DNA of 50,593 nucleotides, the filler included, from Catajapyx aquilonaris (lineage: Eukaryota): assembly GCA_000934665.2 (NCBI GenBank). It is 3 parts of 3 records of this genome, joined end to end, with 100 filler letters (N's around TTAATTAATTAA, not from the genome) between each part and the next. Parts side by side here need not be neighbours in the genome. Positions count along the whole stretch, not along the records: positions 33,800 to 50,593 come from JYFJ02007106.1; 2 more parts are not named here. One strand, given 5' to 3'. Position numbers and translations under genes: made by a program. A model generated the notes under the pieces. The model saw only the letters and a program-made list of their open reading frames with translations. It made no database searches and was not told the origin of the DNA. Shown here in pieces: positions 38,371-50,015 of the stretch (positions are counted from its first letter, which is position 1; every line of letters starts with the position of its first letter).

Positions 38371-38816
38371 TGGAGAATAGGGTGAAGAGCCTTTCTAGTG
38401 AGGTGGACAACTACAAAAAGATGGTTTCCTCCCTGGAGACCTGCAATAATAATTTGCGATCTGAGGTACAGCGTTTGAAATCAGCTCTTGGAACTGCAGC
38501 CACCAATGATCTTGCTTGTGGAGAGAATATGGAAAAATAAGCACCAGCAAACTTCCCGCCACATCATGGCGACCGCCATCAACCAATCATGAAACTAAAA
38601 GCAAAAACAAATATGAAAGGAAAAAATAGAGGGGAAGGGGGAGGGGGAAGCAATGCCCTGAATGCTCTAAGTCTTCCCACAACAGGCATCCGCAGACAAG
38701 AGCCGAAGGAAGAAGCGGCAATACATTATTTCCTTGGAGAATAGGGTGAAGAGCCTTTCTAGTGAGGTAGCGAAATATAAAAAGATGGTTTCCTCCCTGG
38801 AGACCTGCAATAATAA
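38371..38816 (+). repeat. ~80-bp direct repeat encoding a coiled-coil segment (ORF1-like)
   Basis: tggagaatagggtgaagagcctttctagtgaggt...gagacctgcaataataa at 38371-38452 and 38735-38816; it encodes ENRVKSLSSEVAKYKKMVSSLETC. Confidence 0.75.
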
Positions 38817-38839
38817 CACTGGTCTGCAAAGAAAAATAA

Positions 38840-39480
38840 AAAAATCTTTCATTGCCAAGGATTTTTCAACGATTTTAGGGTATTTTGAAGGTGCTGAATC
38901 CGAAACTGACATTGGCTATGCCAAATTGCCTCTAGTTTTTGAGATATTCATCACCCCTTCTTGTATACAACTGCGCGCAAATCAGTGCAGAGTTTGGCTG
39001 TATATTTGTGTACTGCAGATAGCAGCACCCAATAGATATGGTGTAGAACACATGGAGTAAGCATAGACTCAGTGTGGAAGTGAGTTACACTGAACTATAC
39101 TGTAAAGACACGTTCCCTTCAGGACTTCCTTTCAACAGTTACGACAAGGTAATATCCGATCCCGCTAGGTTCACAATATTTCTCCATATCTATTCACATT
39201 TCTCTTTCTTGCGTAGTACGTAATATGAGTTCATCACAAGGAGGCTGTGTAAACAATGCTGATGCATTCTGTTACATTTGTGGCGAGTAGGTACACGGTG
39301 CAAAAGCAAAGAAAAAAAATATATCACTGACTTTGTGAAGCAAGCCTATTTGGCATACTTTGGAGTGAAGCTTGGTGACCAAGACAAGTCGTGGGCACCC
39401 CATAAGATTTGCAAATCATGTGTTGAGTGCTTACGACAGTGGAAGAATAAAGAAAGGACATCTTTAAACTTATTTAGCAC
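38840..39480 (+). mobile_element. 5' end of an invertebrate DNA transposon (terminal region plus transposase N-terminus; family uncertain, possibly Sola3-like)
   Basis: ATG at 39225 gives MSSSQGGCVNNADAFCYICGE*, then ITDFVKQAYLAYFGVKLGDQDKSWAPHKICKSCVECLRQW. A terminal-like motif ggtgctgaatccgaaactgac lies upstream. Confidence 0.7.
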
Positions 39481-39794
39481 ATGTCAGCCACTGCATGAGC
39501 AGTCTTGGGCAAGGAAGGGACTCACAAACTGAATGCAACACTACCCTAGATTATGTCTCAAGTGGGCAGCTAGCTAATTGCCACTGATGCAGGTGTGAGG
39601 TGACATGTGTTCACATGTTAAAGTACCATTGTTTTAGTGTCGCACCTACAAGTAGGTTTGATATGCAGTTTAGGCAGGTTGCATAATCAGTGTTTTTAAA
39701 ATTCGCAACAAAACATTTGTTACTAGTTATGGATCTGCCATTAGTGGTGCAGGTGTCATCATGTGGTGTCACTTGAATCATGTTCATTTTACAG

Positions 39795-40045
39795 GCACAT
39801 CGATGGAAACCATAAACTTATCGCATGGAGGCTAGTTATTCGTGGAGGTATGTTAAAATAAGTGCTTGCCAACTAAGAATTAAAAATCCGAATGTAATGT
39901 GTGTGTGGGGTTGTGGGCAGCACTGACCATGAACATCAAGTTCAGCTTCATTTTTGTGTGGAGAACGTAAAGGTCTACAGTGACAGGCGATAAAGAGTTG
40001 CCTTCACTTGTCTGTCTCAAATGCAGTGGTGAGGCATCCGTAATA
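39795..40045 (+). mobile_element. IS3EU-like transposase exon fragments
   Basis: The AG/GT-bounded exon 39795-39847 encodes HIDGNHKLIAWRLVIRG; a decayed LPSLVCLKCSGE downstream resembles LPSRVRxDxGGE. Confidence 0.65.
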
Positions 40046-40819
40046 TCTCTTGAAATACGCGTGCTGCATATGTGACGCTAATTCGGTAGAAAGAGGATCC
40101 AATGATGAATCTGACAACCCTGAAAGCAAATAGCTGACAGAGTTGGGAGAGAAGGAGGCACTGGCGGATTTTTAAGATAAGCAAAATTATTTTCCCGTCC
40201 TTTTTCCGAGACCGGCTAAGGAGAGTTACTTGGCAGTACAGATCCGATAATTTTAAATTGTCACAAACTCAGTCACGGGTTATCCCAAGAGTGATACTAT
40301 AACTTTCTGATCAGATCAGGAATCGTACAGTATTTCAGTTTTATGATCATGTGCTTGTGGGGCACCATGAGTCATGTATTTTAAGTTGGTAGGGTCTCAC
40401 GGAAAAGATAACAAAGGTGAATATGACAAGCTTTCTGAAGCGGAGTGAGAAGGTAAGGGGAAAGTTTATTCATCCCGTCAAAGATAAGTCACTTGTAGTG
40501 TGTTATGATCTGTAACTTCCTATCCTTGGCTATGAGTCAAATGACATGTATTGTATCTAGTATTCCACACGCATTGCGAATGACACAAGCACTTTAAAAT
40601 AACCCTTATGCTTGCAGGTTCAAAAGAACGCAACACACCACGAAAAGTGGGGAAAGTCGCGAAGGAAATTTCGCTTCTCGACCACAGCATGGATCAAGTC
40701 CCAAAGGGGGACGCACGAGCACAGCTTCATGCAGAGCGGAGAGCGATCCTCAACTTCGTCTTTCATAGATCAGACAGTGATGAGGAAATCCGATCCGAAA
40801 TTCACAGTTTTTTCCACAG

Positions 40820-40985
40820 GTTCTTGGACTCTGCCTATGTATTTTGTAATCAATGAACTCCCATTAAAATTACGATATCAGAAGGAAAACGTCATAGTGG
40901 GAGGATTATGGGTTGGGGAAGTCAAACCTAATATGAACATACTTTGAAACAGCTGTGCCAATTTCCTGACAGAAGTTAACAATAA
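40820..40985 (+). mobile_element. EnSpm/CACTA (CMC) transposase fragment
   Basis: LPMYFVINELPLKLRYQKENVIVGGLWVGEVKPNMN matches the INELP..R...N.I..GLW.G..KP motif. Confidence 0.8.
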
Positions 40986-41149
40986 TATACGCCTGCCACT
41001 GACGCAAATCGCAACAAAATGGCAACATACCATGATGAAACATGTCAGACCCGACAGAAGGACGTGCAAGAACAAAACATCAGCATTACGTCATTTTTGG
41101 AAAGTTTCCTCTTCTTCACTCCTCACCCACACCACACAAGCTGCAGATG

Positions 41150-41500
41150 GTGCTCAGAGTAACGACATAAGGGGAGAAAAGCTTACTGCAATTTCAGATA
41201 ATATATTGCGGTGGACAAAACAAGACCTGGACAGTGGTGTCCTTTTAGTTATATCATTTGCCAACTGAGCTTTTCAAAGCAATTGAGCACATTTTTCCTC
41301 AGCTACATATGATGCTCCCTAGTGATAGAAATTTTGCTATGGTTGAGAAGCATGTCTCATCTCATTATCAGATGGTGTATTCCCCTGAACATTGGGAAGA
41401 AGTTTTGATAACGTCTCAGATGAAGAAGCCTTCCTGGGTAGCCAGAATGGATCAGGACTGTTTCTACAACTTTTCCACCTTCAATCAATTTATGGGAGAA
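41150..41500 (+). mobile_element. Sola1-like transposase fragment
   Basis: LTAISDN; IEHIFPQLHMMLPSDRNFAMVEKH...VYSPEHWEEVLITSQMKKPSWVARMDQDCFYNF. Confidence 0.65.
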
Positions 41501-42076
41501 AGAAGCAGTCATTCACATGGGCTGTCTGTTTGTCAGGAGCACCACAATGACTCGAATGTAAACAACCGAATCGAATTTGAATTCGAGAATTAACTAGATG
41601 ACGTAATTGGGGGCCACCCACGTGTGGCCATATTGAAGTTGTCGGGCTCTTTCTTTCATTCGAAATAGAAATTCTTTACTTTACATTGGGCGTGCGCAAA
41701 ATGCCCTGACCTGAGACGCACTTCATTTTCCGCTGATAAATATCCAAAGGGAAAGATTAGATTTGCCGAATTAGTCTTCGACCCCAATAGTGCATATTAT
41801 GCCATATGCGTCTGCATGAAGCATCCAGATGATGGCTGTTTGGGAACCTGACAAGCCATCATGAGAGTTGACATTTAGTTATCGTAAAGTTTAGGCTTCA
41901 TTAAAGTTGCAGTTTTGTACATCATCAACGTCATACGATATCATCGAATACACAAGACACATTGAGGAAGGTACGTATGTATTGTATTCATATATTTGGT
42001 TATGCAATTATCATTTTTGCATATTTGAGCTAGCATTCACAACGTTTGTTCTCTTTTAATATATTAGCTCAGCCAG

Positions 42077-42283
42077 CTACTTCAGGCTTTTCCCCTTCTC
42101 CTTGTGTCCCTGTAACTGTCCCATCCAGTCCTCCATGTTGGCCGCCAACTCCTGTAGGGCAGAAGTAAGCCGGCTGTTGTTGTCCTTCAGTGTCTGTAGC
42201 TCAACCTCCCATTTCTTCGTAATGGCTGAGCTTCGTGCCAGTGCAAGCTTGAGACTGCCATTCTCATGCCTGAGCTGAGCATC
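42077..42283 (-). pseudogene. homer: Isolated fragment of a Homer gene (coiled-coil region)
   Basis: DAQLRHENGSLKLALARSSAITKKWEVELQTLKDNNSRLTSALQELAANMEDWMGQLQGHKE resembles Homer QLKxENxRLKxALAQSxANAKKWExELxTLKNNNxRLTSALQES.ANV.EWK.QL. There is no EVH1 domain, and it has non-conservative changes and a stop. Confidence 0.8.
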
Positions 42284-42689
42284 CACAAAGTATGGACGGC
42301 CCAGCTTCGGGGGCCGGATAAATGACTGGGATATGAACGTCAAACTGTACATCGAGGGCGACAAAGAGGAATTTCATGGCCTGACAAGCACAAGTAGGAG
42401 AGATTTGCCCCCAGAAGCTTCTGGATCGGGGCTCCTCCACCATGAGACTCGACATAAACTACTCAGGCTGTGGAATGTAAGTAAATGAGTCATGTGTGCT
42501 AAGTAAGAATGTCGGATGTGCTCTGCAGAACTTCTCGCATCTCTTTCTGTTGAACATGTCGACATCGGGTCGGAAGGTCATAGCTGAAAGAATTTCTGGC
42601 TCATGGCGAATTTTACAAGGGCTACATAAGAAGCAGGGCGACACCATAAATGCTTATCGTTGCATTCCACCTGGGTGAATTGGTGCAGA

Positions 42690-42975
42690 AGTTATCTGGT
42701 ATATTTATATTGCAGGTAACATTTACAACTACCTCATAAACACACCTGAGAAGTATACGATGAAGAAACTTGAGCCCCTCAAGAGTCTCTAGAAGCATAA
42801 AATTACTTCACATCAGGGCATTATGACACATTTCATGACAGTCCATATTGTTTTGTGAGGGCTCAGGTGATGCCATGGCAGCGCCTAAGCGAGAAGCCCC
42901 ACAATGCGTGGGCGTTCATAAATAAAATGATACAACAGCTGTGCACATGGCCTACTGCATGTGCATGGCTGGGTG
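42690..42975 (+). mobile_element. SWIM-domain fragment of a YqaJ-type transposon accessory protein (ISL2EU-like)
   Basis: GNIYNYLINTPEKYTMKKLEPLKSL*...YCFVRAQVMPWQRLSEKPHNAWAF...CACMAG, followed by a gtgagt donor. Confidence 0.65.
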
Positions 42976-43149
42976 AGTCACTTATCATTCCAGGGTAGCT
43001 ATCAATGAAAATACTTCAGATATGTGTCAGAAATCTTCTGTGTACCAAAAGGCAGGGATAACTAGAAAGAGCAGGATTTACCTGCGAAGACTGACATCAG
43101 AGAAAGCGGTGACTGGCATCACGGCAGCTGTCAGGGGATTGACAGGATG

Positions 43150-43750
43150 CTCAGCGACACTTGTAAATAAGTTGTACCTTGAATTTCTGCAGAATGTGTT
43201 GCCACTTTTTATCAACCTCAACAAGGAAATGCAGTAAAAAAACACACATTCATGTCCTCTACGCACATGTGGCTACTGTCTCCAAAACGCAGATGGAATA
43301 CTACATTCAAATGTATCTCAGGAGTATCCAAATGAACCAGATAGCTACTGCTACCATTGCCTATTCATGGCGTTGGATACTTGCGGCCAAAAGTTGCTGC
43401 CAACATTGACAATTGCGATTTGCCCCAGGTGAAAGCATTCAAAACGCGACGCATGGATTTTTTGGTCGAGGCTGTCCATGAGATATATCAGATATTTCCA
43501 TTCACCAATTCTATTCTGCAACATGTCTATAATAAGCCCAAATACGTAATTAAGGGAGGAATATCAACAATAGCACCTTTGGGAGTACACTCCCCCACCC
43601 TGGTTGCACTGGTGGACCTGCAAACATTACATACTGAATGGTGTCTGCTACGCAATACAGATTTAAGTATGTGAAAGCGGCATCTCCCTGCAGGAATTTT
43701 GGCGGACTGTTGGAAAGGCCAAGAGGGGAGAATGTTCCCGCTCCTTTCCA
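43150..43750 (+). mobile_element. hAT transposase C-terminal fragment
   Basis: KLYLEFLQNVLPLFINLNKEMQ*; AFKTRRMDFLVEAVHEIYQIFPF; DLQTLHTEWCLLR; EFWRTV. The frame is broken by frameshifts. Confidence 0.7.
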
Positions 43751-43753
43751 CAT

Positions 43754-44006
43754 TTGAGAGGACCAGTGCAAAAGAAGCGGGCAAAATACCAATTGTACAC
43801 GCCTCATGAGTGGGTGGAAACGATATGCGGATCATCCAGGAACTGTGCATATGAAGCACGAAGATTTCAAGGACTTCAAGACACACCTTCTACAGGCCTT
43901 CTACAAGACAAAATCCAAGACGGCAAACAAGCGTCACACGTTAGCCATAACAAAATATAAGCGGTTTACATATTCATCGCTCCATCCACACATCGCGATA
44001 TATTAA
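43754..44006 (+). mobile_element. Second Sola1-like transposase fragment
   Basis: QLYTPHEWVETI, then a frameshift, then VHMKHEDFKDFKTHL. This is the same region as 41150-41500 but a divergent sequence. Confidence 0.55.
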
Positions 44007-44030
44007 CTTTATTCACATACTGTGTACGTA

Positions 44031-44296
44031 GGCATCGATATTGACGTCATCAACCGATTCAGAGTTATACTGAAGGCGATGAACAGCGGTCGCGAGATAA
44101 GGGGAGCGACACCGATTTAAGAAGTACTGCATGGACACGGGAGAAAAATATCTCACTGTACCGGTGGTACTTTATGGATGTGGCCGATCCCTAGGCCCGG
44201 CAATAGGAGGAAGTGGTCTTGGGGATCTATAAGACGGAGATGTGGCTCCGCACGGTCCTGGATGGTGAGATCCGTAGCATCATGGCTAGAAAGTGA
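44031..44296 (+). mobile_element. Degenerate distant homolog of the 36039-36968 ORF
   Basis: EEVVLGIYKTEMWLRTVLDGEIRSIMA (from 44207) aligns with EEIILNLFRSELWLRTVLDDEVRRMVA; GIDIDVINRF (44031) aligns with GLDMPAIRLF. Stops and frameshifts are present. Confidence 0.7.
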
Positions 44297-44666
44297 TTCA
44301 CAAAGAGGCGCAGCCCTGGGTGTAAGGGGGGGACAAGTGTAAAAGTGTAATGTAACGGGGCTCGCCATTGGCTGCGTTGGGGGACGGCCACCAGAACACA
44401 CCCTAGAGCCAAATTAGAAGTAATAATAAAATATGATAAGTTTGGCGTGTGTGAACAAAGACAGAATAGAATGTCTTTGTGAGGGACTGACCAACTATAT
44501 CTAGGGATGGAGAAAGACCCCCCTCTCAAGGACACGGGTACATCCTGGTTGCGGCTTAAGCTGTCGCCGGATTGTCTGGCAACCCGGACTTGGATTGACC
44601 ACACATTCCTACAGAGGCATTCCTCTATCCCCACTCCTTACCCGAGCTACCGGCATTCAGGCAAAA

Positions 44667-45198
44667 ATGACTGAGGCTCGTGGTTCAGCGAAAACCGACC
44701 CGGCCGACACAAAGGCTCGTCGTCGGCCGAATTTTACGGCCGACGAGACGGACGTGCTCGTGGCCGGGTATGAGAAGAGGAGTGCCCTCTTAATTGGCCG
44801 GCACGATGGCGGAAAGGTGACGGAGATAAAGAAGAGGGCAGCCTGGGAGGACTTGACGGAGGAGGTGAACGCCGTCAGCCCATATGGTCGTGACCTGGCG
44901 GAGATAAAAAGGAAGGTGAAGGACGTAAAGGCCTCCACAAAGTCGAAAGGTACAGTATCAATTTGGCATGAATATTGCTGAAATATTTTTATATTTGTGA
45001 CTTATGCTGCTTTTGATTTCCACAGTGATGACCCAGAAGACGACCACGAGGGCCACAGCGGGTGGTCCATCAGAGACTCCATCCCTAACTGCCACCGAGA
45101 AGCTGATGGTGTCAACCCTCCTGGAGTCCTCTGTGTGTGGAATCCCCGAGGCAGAGGCTGAGCAGGCAATTATGGTGGCTACAGGCTACAGGGGATAG
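44667..45198 (+). mobile_element. Harbinger-type Myb/SANT DNA-binding protein gene (spliced, 151 aa, probably truncated)
   Basis: Exons 44667-44949 and 45026-45198 (GT-AG). RRPNFTADETDVLV...KKRAAWEDLTEEVNAVSPYGRDLAEIKRK, then TAGGP..LTATEK..VCGI. Confidence 0.8.
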
Positions 45199-46051
45199 AG
45201 CACAAAGAGGGGGCAGACATCTACCAATACGTGAATGACGTAAAAAAAAGAGCAGCAATATGTAACGTAGCCAGGATTCCATCCTGCCGGCAGCGGCAGG
45301 AGCTTATGCGCGGGGAGGATGGGTCGTAACATTAAACTTGTCAAAAGTCGGTAAAAGTAAATCTTTCTTGCTGAATTTAATAAAGTAGGTTCTAGATAAT
45401 AATGCTAAGAAGGTAATGGCGCATGTTGCACATAAATACGCTGAGCGATACGTGATATATCTCGCCAACTATTTTATGGGCATCCATGCCGGACAGATTC
45501 ACTCAGGGTGCAATTATAATTTTTATATATCTTCAAGTAGCCGATGTATGTCATAATTTGAAGCTAAATTTAGTGACGGAATTAGAAGAGCTTATGGATA
45601 TTGTAGTGCCGAAATCGTCGAAAGGGAATATGTAGATCTCCCTGGGGGTGATGAGGGCAAGGATCAGGAAGGCAGGCGGCAACACAATAGAAAAAATTCT
45701 AAAGACGACCTTTCATGTGAAGGTGGAGAGGCCACCTAAGTTCAACACTTTGGCCACCCAAACGGCAGAGCAGATACCGGTAACTACCAGCCACCGTGGG
45801 TCTCAGGTACATTTCCCGTCGTTTAACAAAAAGACGCAGACATTGCCGGAGGACGACATCCATGCCAAGGTTCAGAGACTAGAAAAAAGAAATGAAGAAC
45901 TGGCCAAGGCAGTGAACCTTCTGGGATTGCCATGCGCAGGTAACTCACACATTCCATAACGTTGGACAAGGACTGTCCAATCTTTCTCCCAGCCGAAAGT
46001 ACTCAAAACTGAAGGAAGTGATGTCTCAATCAGAAACGTCTCTCTTTTTTT

Positions 46052-46561
46052 TTGGACTCATTCGGTCTGGATCTACAGAAAATAGTTGTGGCAGAGAAAC
46101 AAAGCCCCTCAGGCATTTATGAATTCAAATATCAAAGTGGAGGAATATCCCAAGTGGGCAGGAGTTATCAGCCTTCTGGATGTCAAGACTACCTACAACT
46201 CTCTCAATCGGATAAAAAAGTTATCTGTAGCACACTTCAAGTACTGGAGTCAATTAGAATTTCGCAGGACACTTGGTTCACTCTGTGCTCTCTTTGCGAA
46301 CACTTACCGAAATGGAATTTGCTTCAGTCTTGCCGAAAATATCTGAACCAATCGATCGATGTGACCTGGCTGCCAGAAAAAATTGCTGGCGTAAGAGTCC
46401 AGTCGGTATCCCAAGAAGTATGTGATGCGGTGAAGGACATGATGAAAGAAAACGGCATTTTCCCTGACCAGAAAGTCATAAAATTAGAGGGTGATGGGTT
46501 TAGATTGAATTCCGGTGGCCAGAATGGGGAAGTAGCCTTGGTCCGGGATTTTGGTTCATAA
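46052..46561 (+). mobile_element. Probable DDE transposase fragment (Transib/Chapaev-like, uncertain)
   Basis: LESIRISQDTWFTLCSLCEHLPKWNLLQSCRKYLN...VIKLEGDG. Confidence 0.35.
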
Positions 46562-46589
46562 CTAGCTAGCCCATCAATTTCTCGTGTAC

Positions 46590-46850
46590 CATCTCGATGA
46601 CAACGGCTGCTTTCAACATCAGAGCTACTGTGTCATCAGCAACTCGAGATAGAGCACTCAACGACCAGTGTACATGCGTACCTCATCAGATTATTAACAG
46701 ATGTGCAACGAGAGTTTCCGCAGGTCCAGAAGTTCCAATAGCTTACCGACGGCTGCGCAGGACAATACAAGAACAAATATAATTTTGTCAACATCGGCCA
46801 TCATTTACTCGACTTCAACATACAGTGCGAGTTGAACTATTTCGTTACAT
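46590..46850 (+). mobile_element. Sola2-like transposase catalytic fragment
   Basis: TDGCAGQYKNKYNFVNIGHHLLDFNIQCELNYFVT. Confidence 0.75.
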
Positions 46851-47235
46851 TGCCCTGTCCAAACACGATTTATCTCAGATTCCCGATTGATGTCCACAAT
46901 AAGAGGTGTCCACTACAAAAAAAAAATGGTCCAGTGTAGCCTCACCAGTCGGTGTAGAGAGAGTGGGGCTTTCCGCACTGTGGAAACAGTTGAAATTATT
47001 AATAATACAGTGTAATTGACATAGGACTCTTAAGTCTGTGATGTCCATCCTACAGAATGAAGCAGCACTGAACCACCACTCAGGCCAGTACCTTACTCGA
47101 GGCTATCAAACAATCTATTATATTGAATGAGGGATTTCACTCCTTTTTTTTGGAGCTTGATTATTTTGTCTTTTTCCCCCTTTGCTTTTTGCTCTGTTTT
47201 CATTTTGATGTGCATTAGATAGGCAGAAATTAAGT

Positions 47236-47784
47236 GAGTTGGTGCTTGGAGACTCCCAGGCCAAGCATCTGGGTAGTGGCTCTGGTAGAAATGAGAGTGG
47301 GCGCCGCGCCGCGCCGGTTTGACCATGTACTCAGTTTCTCAGGTTACCAGGTCGAAGACATTCGTGATGCGGAAGCAGTTGTGTTGGTACCATGTGCTGA
47401 GACGTATGTCTCAATGTGGGAACAAACAACGTGATGATGGGCGAGGACCTTTGGGTTACGGTACGCCACTACCGAGATCTTCTCCTGCGTCTGCGAGGGC
47501 TTAACCCTGATTGCAGCATTCGTGTGAACTCGGTACTGCCCAGAGCTTGTAATCGTTTCAGGAAGAAGAGCAGTGTGAACCAGCTCAATGGACGGGCAAT
47601 GGTGCTCAACGCAGGACTTCATACGCTCTGCCTAGGCTTTGAGGGCATCGAGTTTGTCAACCTGTGGCCTGCGTTTGAGGGTAGGAGGTACCTGATGGTT
47701 TCAGATGATGGTCTTTACCTGAGTCATGCTGGGGTCAGGAGGCTTTCTGAGTTCATGGATGCAGCTGTGCCTAGGGGTTACTAA
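47236..47784 (+). mobile_element. SGNH-esterase (non-LTR ORF1-type) fragment, copy 2
   Basis: LVLGDSQAKHL (GDS block), VGTN, SVLPR, DDGLYLS, with frameshifts; a duplicate of 37888-38370. Confidence 0.82.
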
Positions 47785-48199
47785 CAGTTCTGGATTTTCC
47801 AACCCCTATCTTAATGAGCCACACGAGTATTAGTCTTGCCACACTGGGCAAAACAAGCTGACTTTGCTTGTGAAATAGGAGGGTTTCCTCATACTGTCAT
47901 GCACAGTCCAGTATATAAGAGTAACTTCTGCACAGGACAAGTTAGTTCCTGGGCGCGGGCTAGGGCTCACGATTGAGAATGTAGCTGCTCGATTTAACCC
48001 GTGAGGCTGGCATTTGGCCAGGCCTTTGTTGAGATAATGGTGATTGACAATTGGCTTTAACTTGGGAACACCTTCGCTTCAGTAACTATTGTATCCTGTA
48101 CTGTAATAACTCGTCGAGAACATTTTGTAGGCCTGCATTTGTCATATTAAAGTCACACTTTTAATACAGCCTTACCCATATTATTCGAACCTAAACGAC

Positions 48200-48673
48200 A
48201 TTAACTTTGGGGGAAAAACCCAACGGCCACAAGATTAAACGGCAACAATTCTATGTGCAGCTGAAAGAAGACATGGAGGACGAGAATTTCGCCACCCGGC
48301 GATGAAGCGATGAAGCGACTTTCCATGTCAATGGTAAAGTGAACCGCCATAACGTGCGCATCTGGGGCAACGAAAATCCACCCGTGCCACCCCTGCCACA
48401 AGATCTTCCAGAACTGAAACGACGCATTTCAACTGCTATTGCAGCGATAAACACGAACTTACTCTGCCGTGTATGGCAAGAGCTGGATTATCGCGTGGAT
48501 GTATGCCGCGTGGCAGGCGGCTCCCACATGGGGAGTCTTTATAAAATTGTTAGAAGTCCCATGACACTTGAAGATATTACCTCTCGATTGGTGCATAGCC
48601 CTTTCATGTATTGTTATTTCTTACCGAATTATGGCCTCGTCAAAATGTAGCGATCATTTTGAATAACCCTGTA
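48200..48673 (+). mobile_element. Tc1/mariner element 3' part with internal deletion and right TIR
   Basis: SDEATFHVNGKVNRHNVRIWGNENP is fused directly to PPLPQDLPELKRRI...RVWQELDYRVDVCRVAGGSH; the element ends at ...tttgaataaccctgTA. Confidence 0.88.
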
Positions 48674-50015
48674 TATTAATAATAACCCCTTTATTCATAA
48701 ACGCAATAAAGGCTTGAACTGATCACTCTCGCTTGCGTTGCGAACTCCTAATACCCCTATCAGTAATCAAAATTCTTACTGTTGCCCGCACTGAAAAAAA
48801 AAATACCAAAGGATGAAAATACTGCCAGTTAATGCAGCAACGGTGTCTGACCTGAAGAAATGAATTTCTTCCAATGCAAGCAAAGGAAAACTTCTGGAAT
48901 TCTTTTCTTGAACTGCAAGACTCCGTGAATAGTGCAGATCAATCTGGAGATTTAGATGCAGATGACGAATAACCTATGGGAATATGGACGCAACAGTCAC
49001 ATGCACAATGGTGGTGTTGAGTGTTGAAAGTGAGCACTTGGTCTGCCAACGAAGTTACTAAGTATTTTTGTCACATACTCAGGTACAGATGACCATGAAC
49101 CTCGAGGATCATGGTCTGCCAACTAAGGGGCCTGCGGCATCATGGCCTGAAATGTGTATCTAGTATTTAAAAAGAGATCCTGCCTTATCTTGTAGTCTGT
49201 ACGCCTAAGGTCACTTATGATCCTATAAAGGGCCTTTGAAAAAAAACTATCATGCCTCTATTCGCCCATTGTAGGGCGCGTGCAGAAGTCTTCCCCCTTT
49301 AATTACATACCTAAGCATGTATGTGCGATCAACGAGACGAAAGTTATCTATTTCAGAAACCTTGCTTTTGCTCTCCTGTGAAATTCAAAAAAAGAGGCTC
49401 CGAGACCACTTCTAATTCTCATCCCTTCAATTTTTACGGAGGTGCTTGTGGTCTTTCCGTTCCCAGATGAGCACAAGCCTGTATTTGAAAAGATGCTCCA
49501 GGTCCACATGGAGCACCCCACAAAGACGGACGGTGTCAACACGCAATTGCAGGAGAAAATAGTTGAAATTATTTACAAGACAGTGTAACGGACTCTTGGT
49601 CTCTGATATGTTCTCACATACTCTTTCAAGGGCTTGTTTGTAAATAATTGCTCCAAATTGACTTCTATTGGCTTGGGACAAAATTGTAGTGGGATACAAA
49701 CACACAAACCAAACAAAAAACAAAAAAAAACGCTACTATGTATCTTATGTTCGGGTCAGGTCGGCATGGATCCTTGTGGAGTGTGTAGCACAAATCAAGA
49801 CCTTGCATTGCTTGGAAATTGACCATGTGACGACATAGAGGACAGCTCCTGCGAATGGAACAGGGTCGTATGGTTCATAGGCCCCTAAATATTTAGTTTA
49901 TAAATAGAACGCTAGGTGATCCAACAGAATACAATGGAAATAGGATTATTAGACGATTCTCAACATCCTCATGGGTTGAGATGACCCTGCAGCATCAGCT
50001 TCGGTCTATTCCAAT

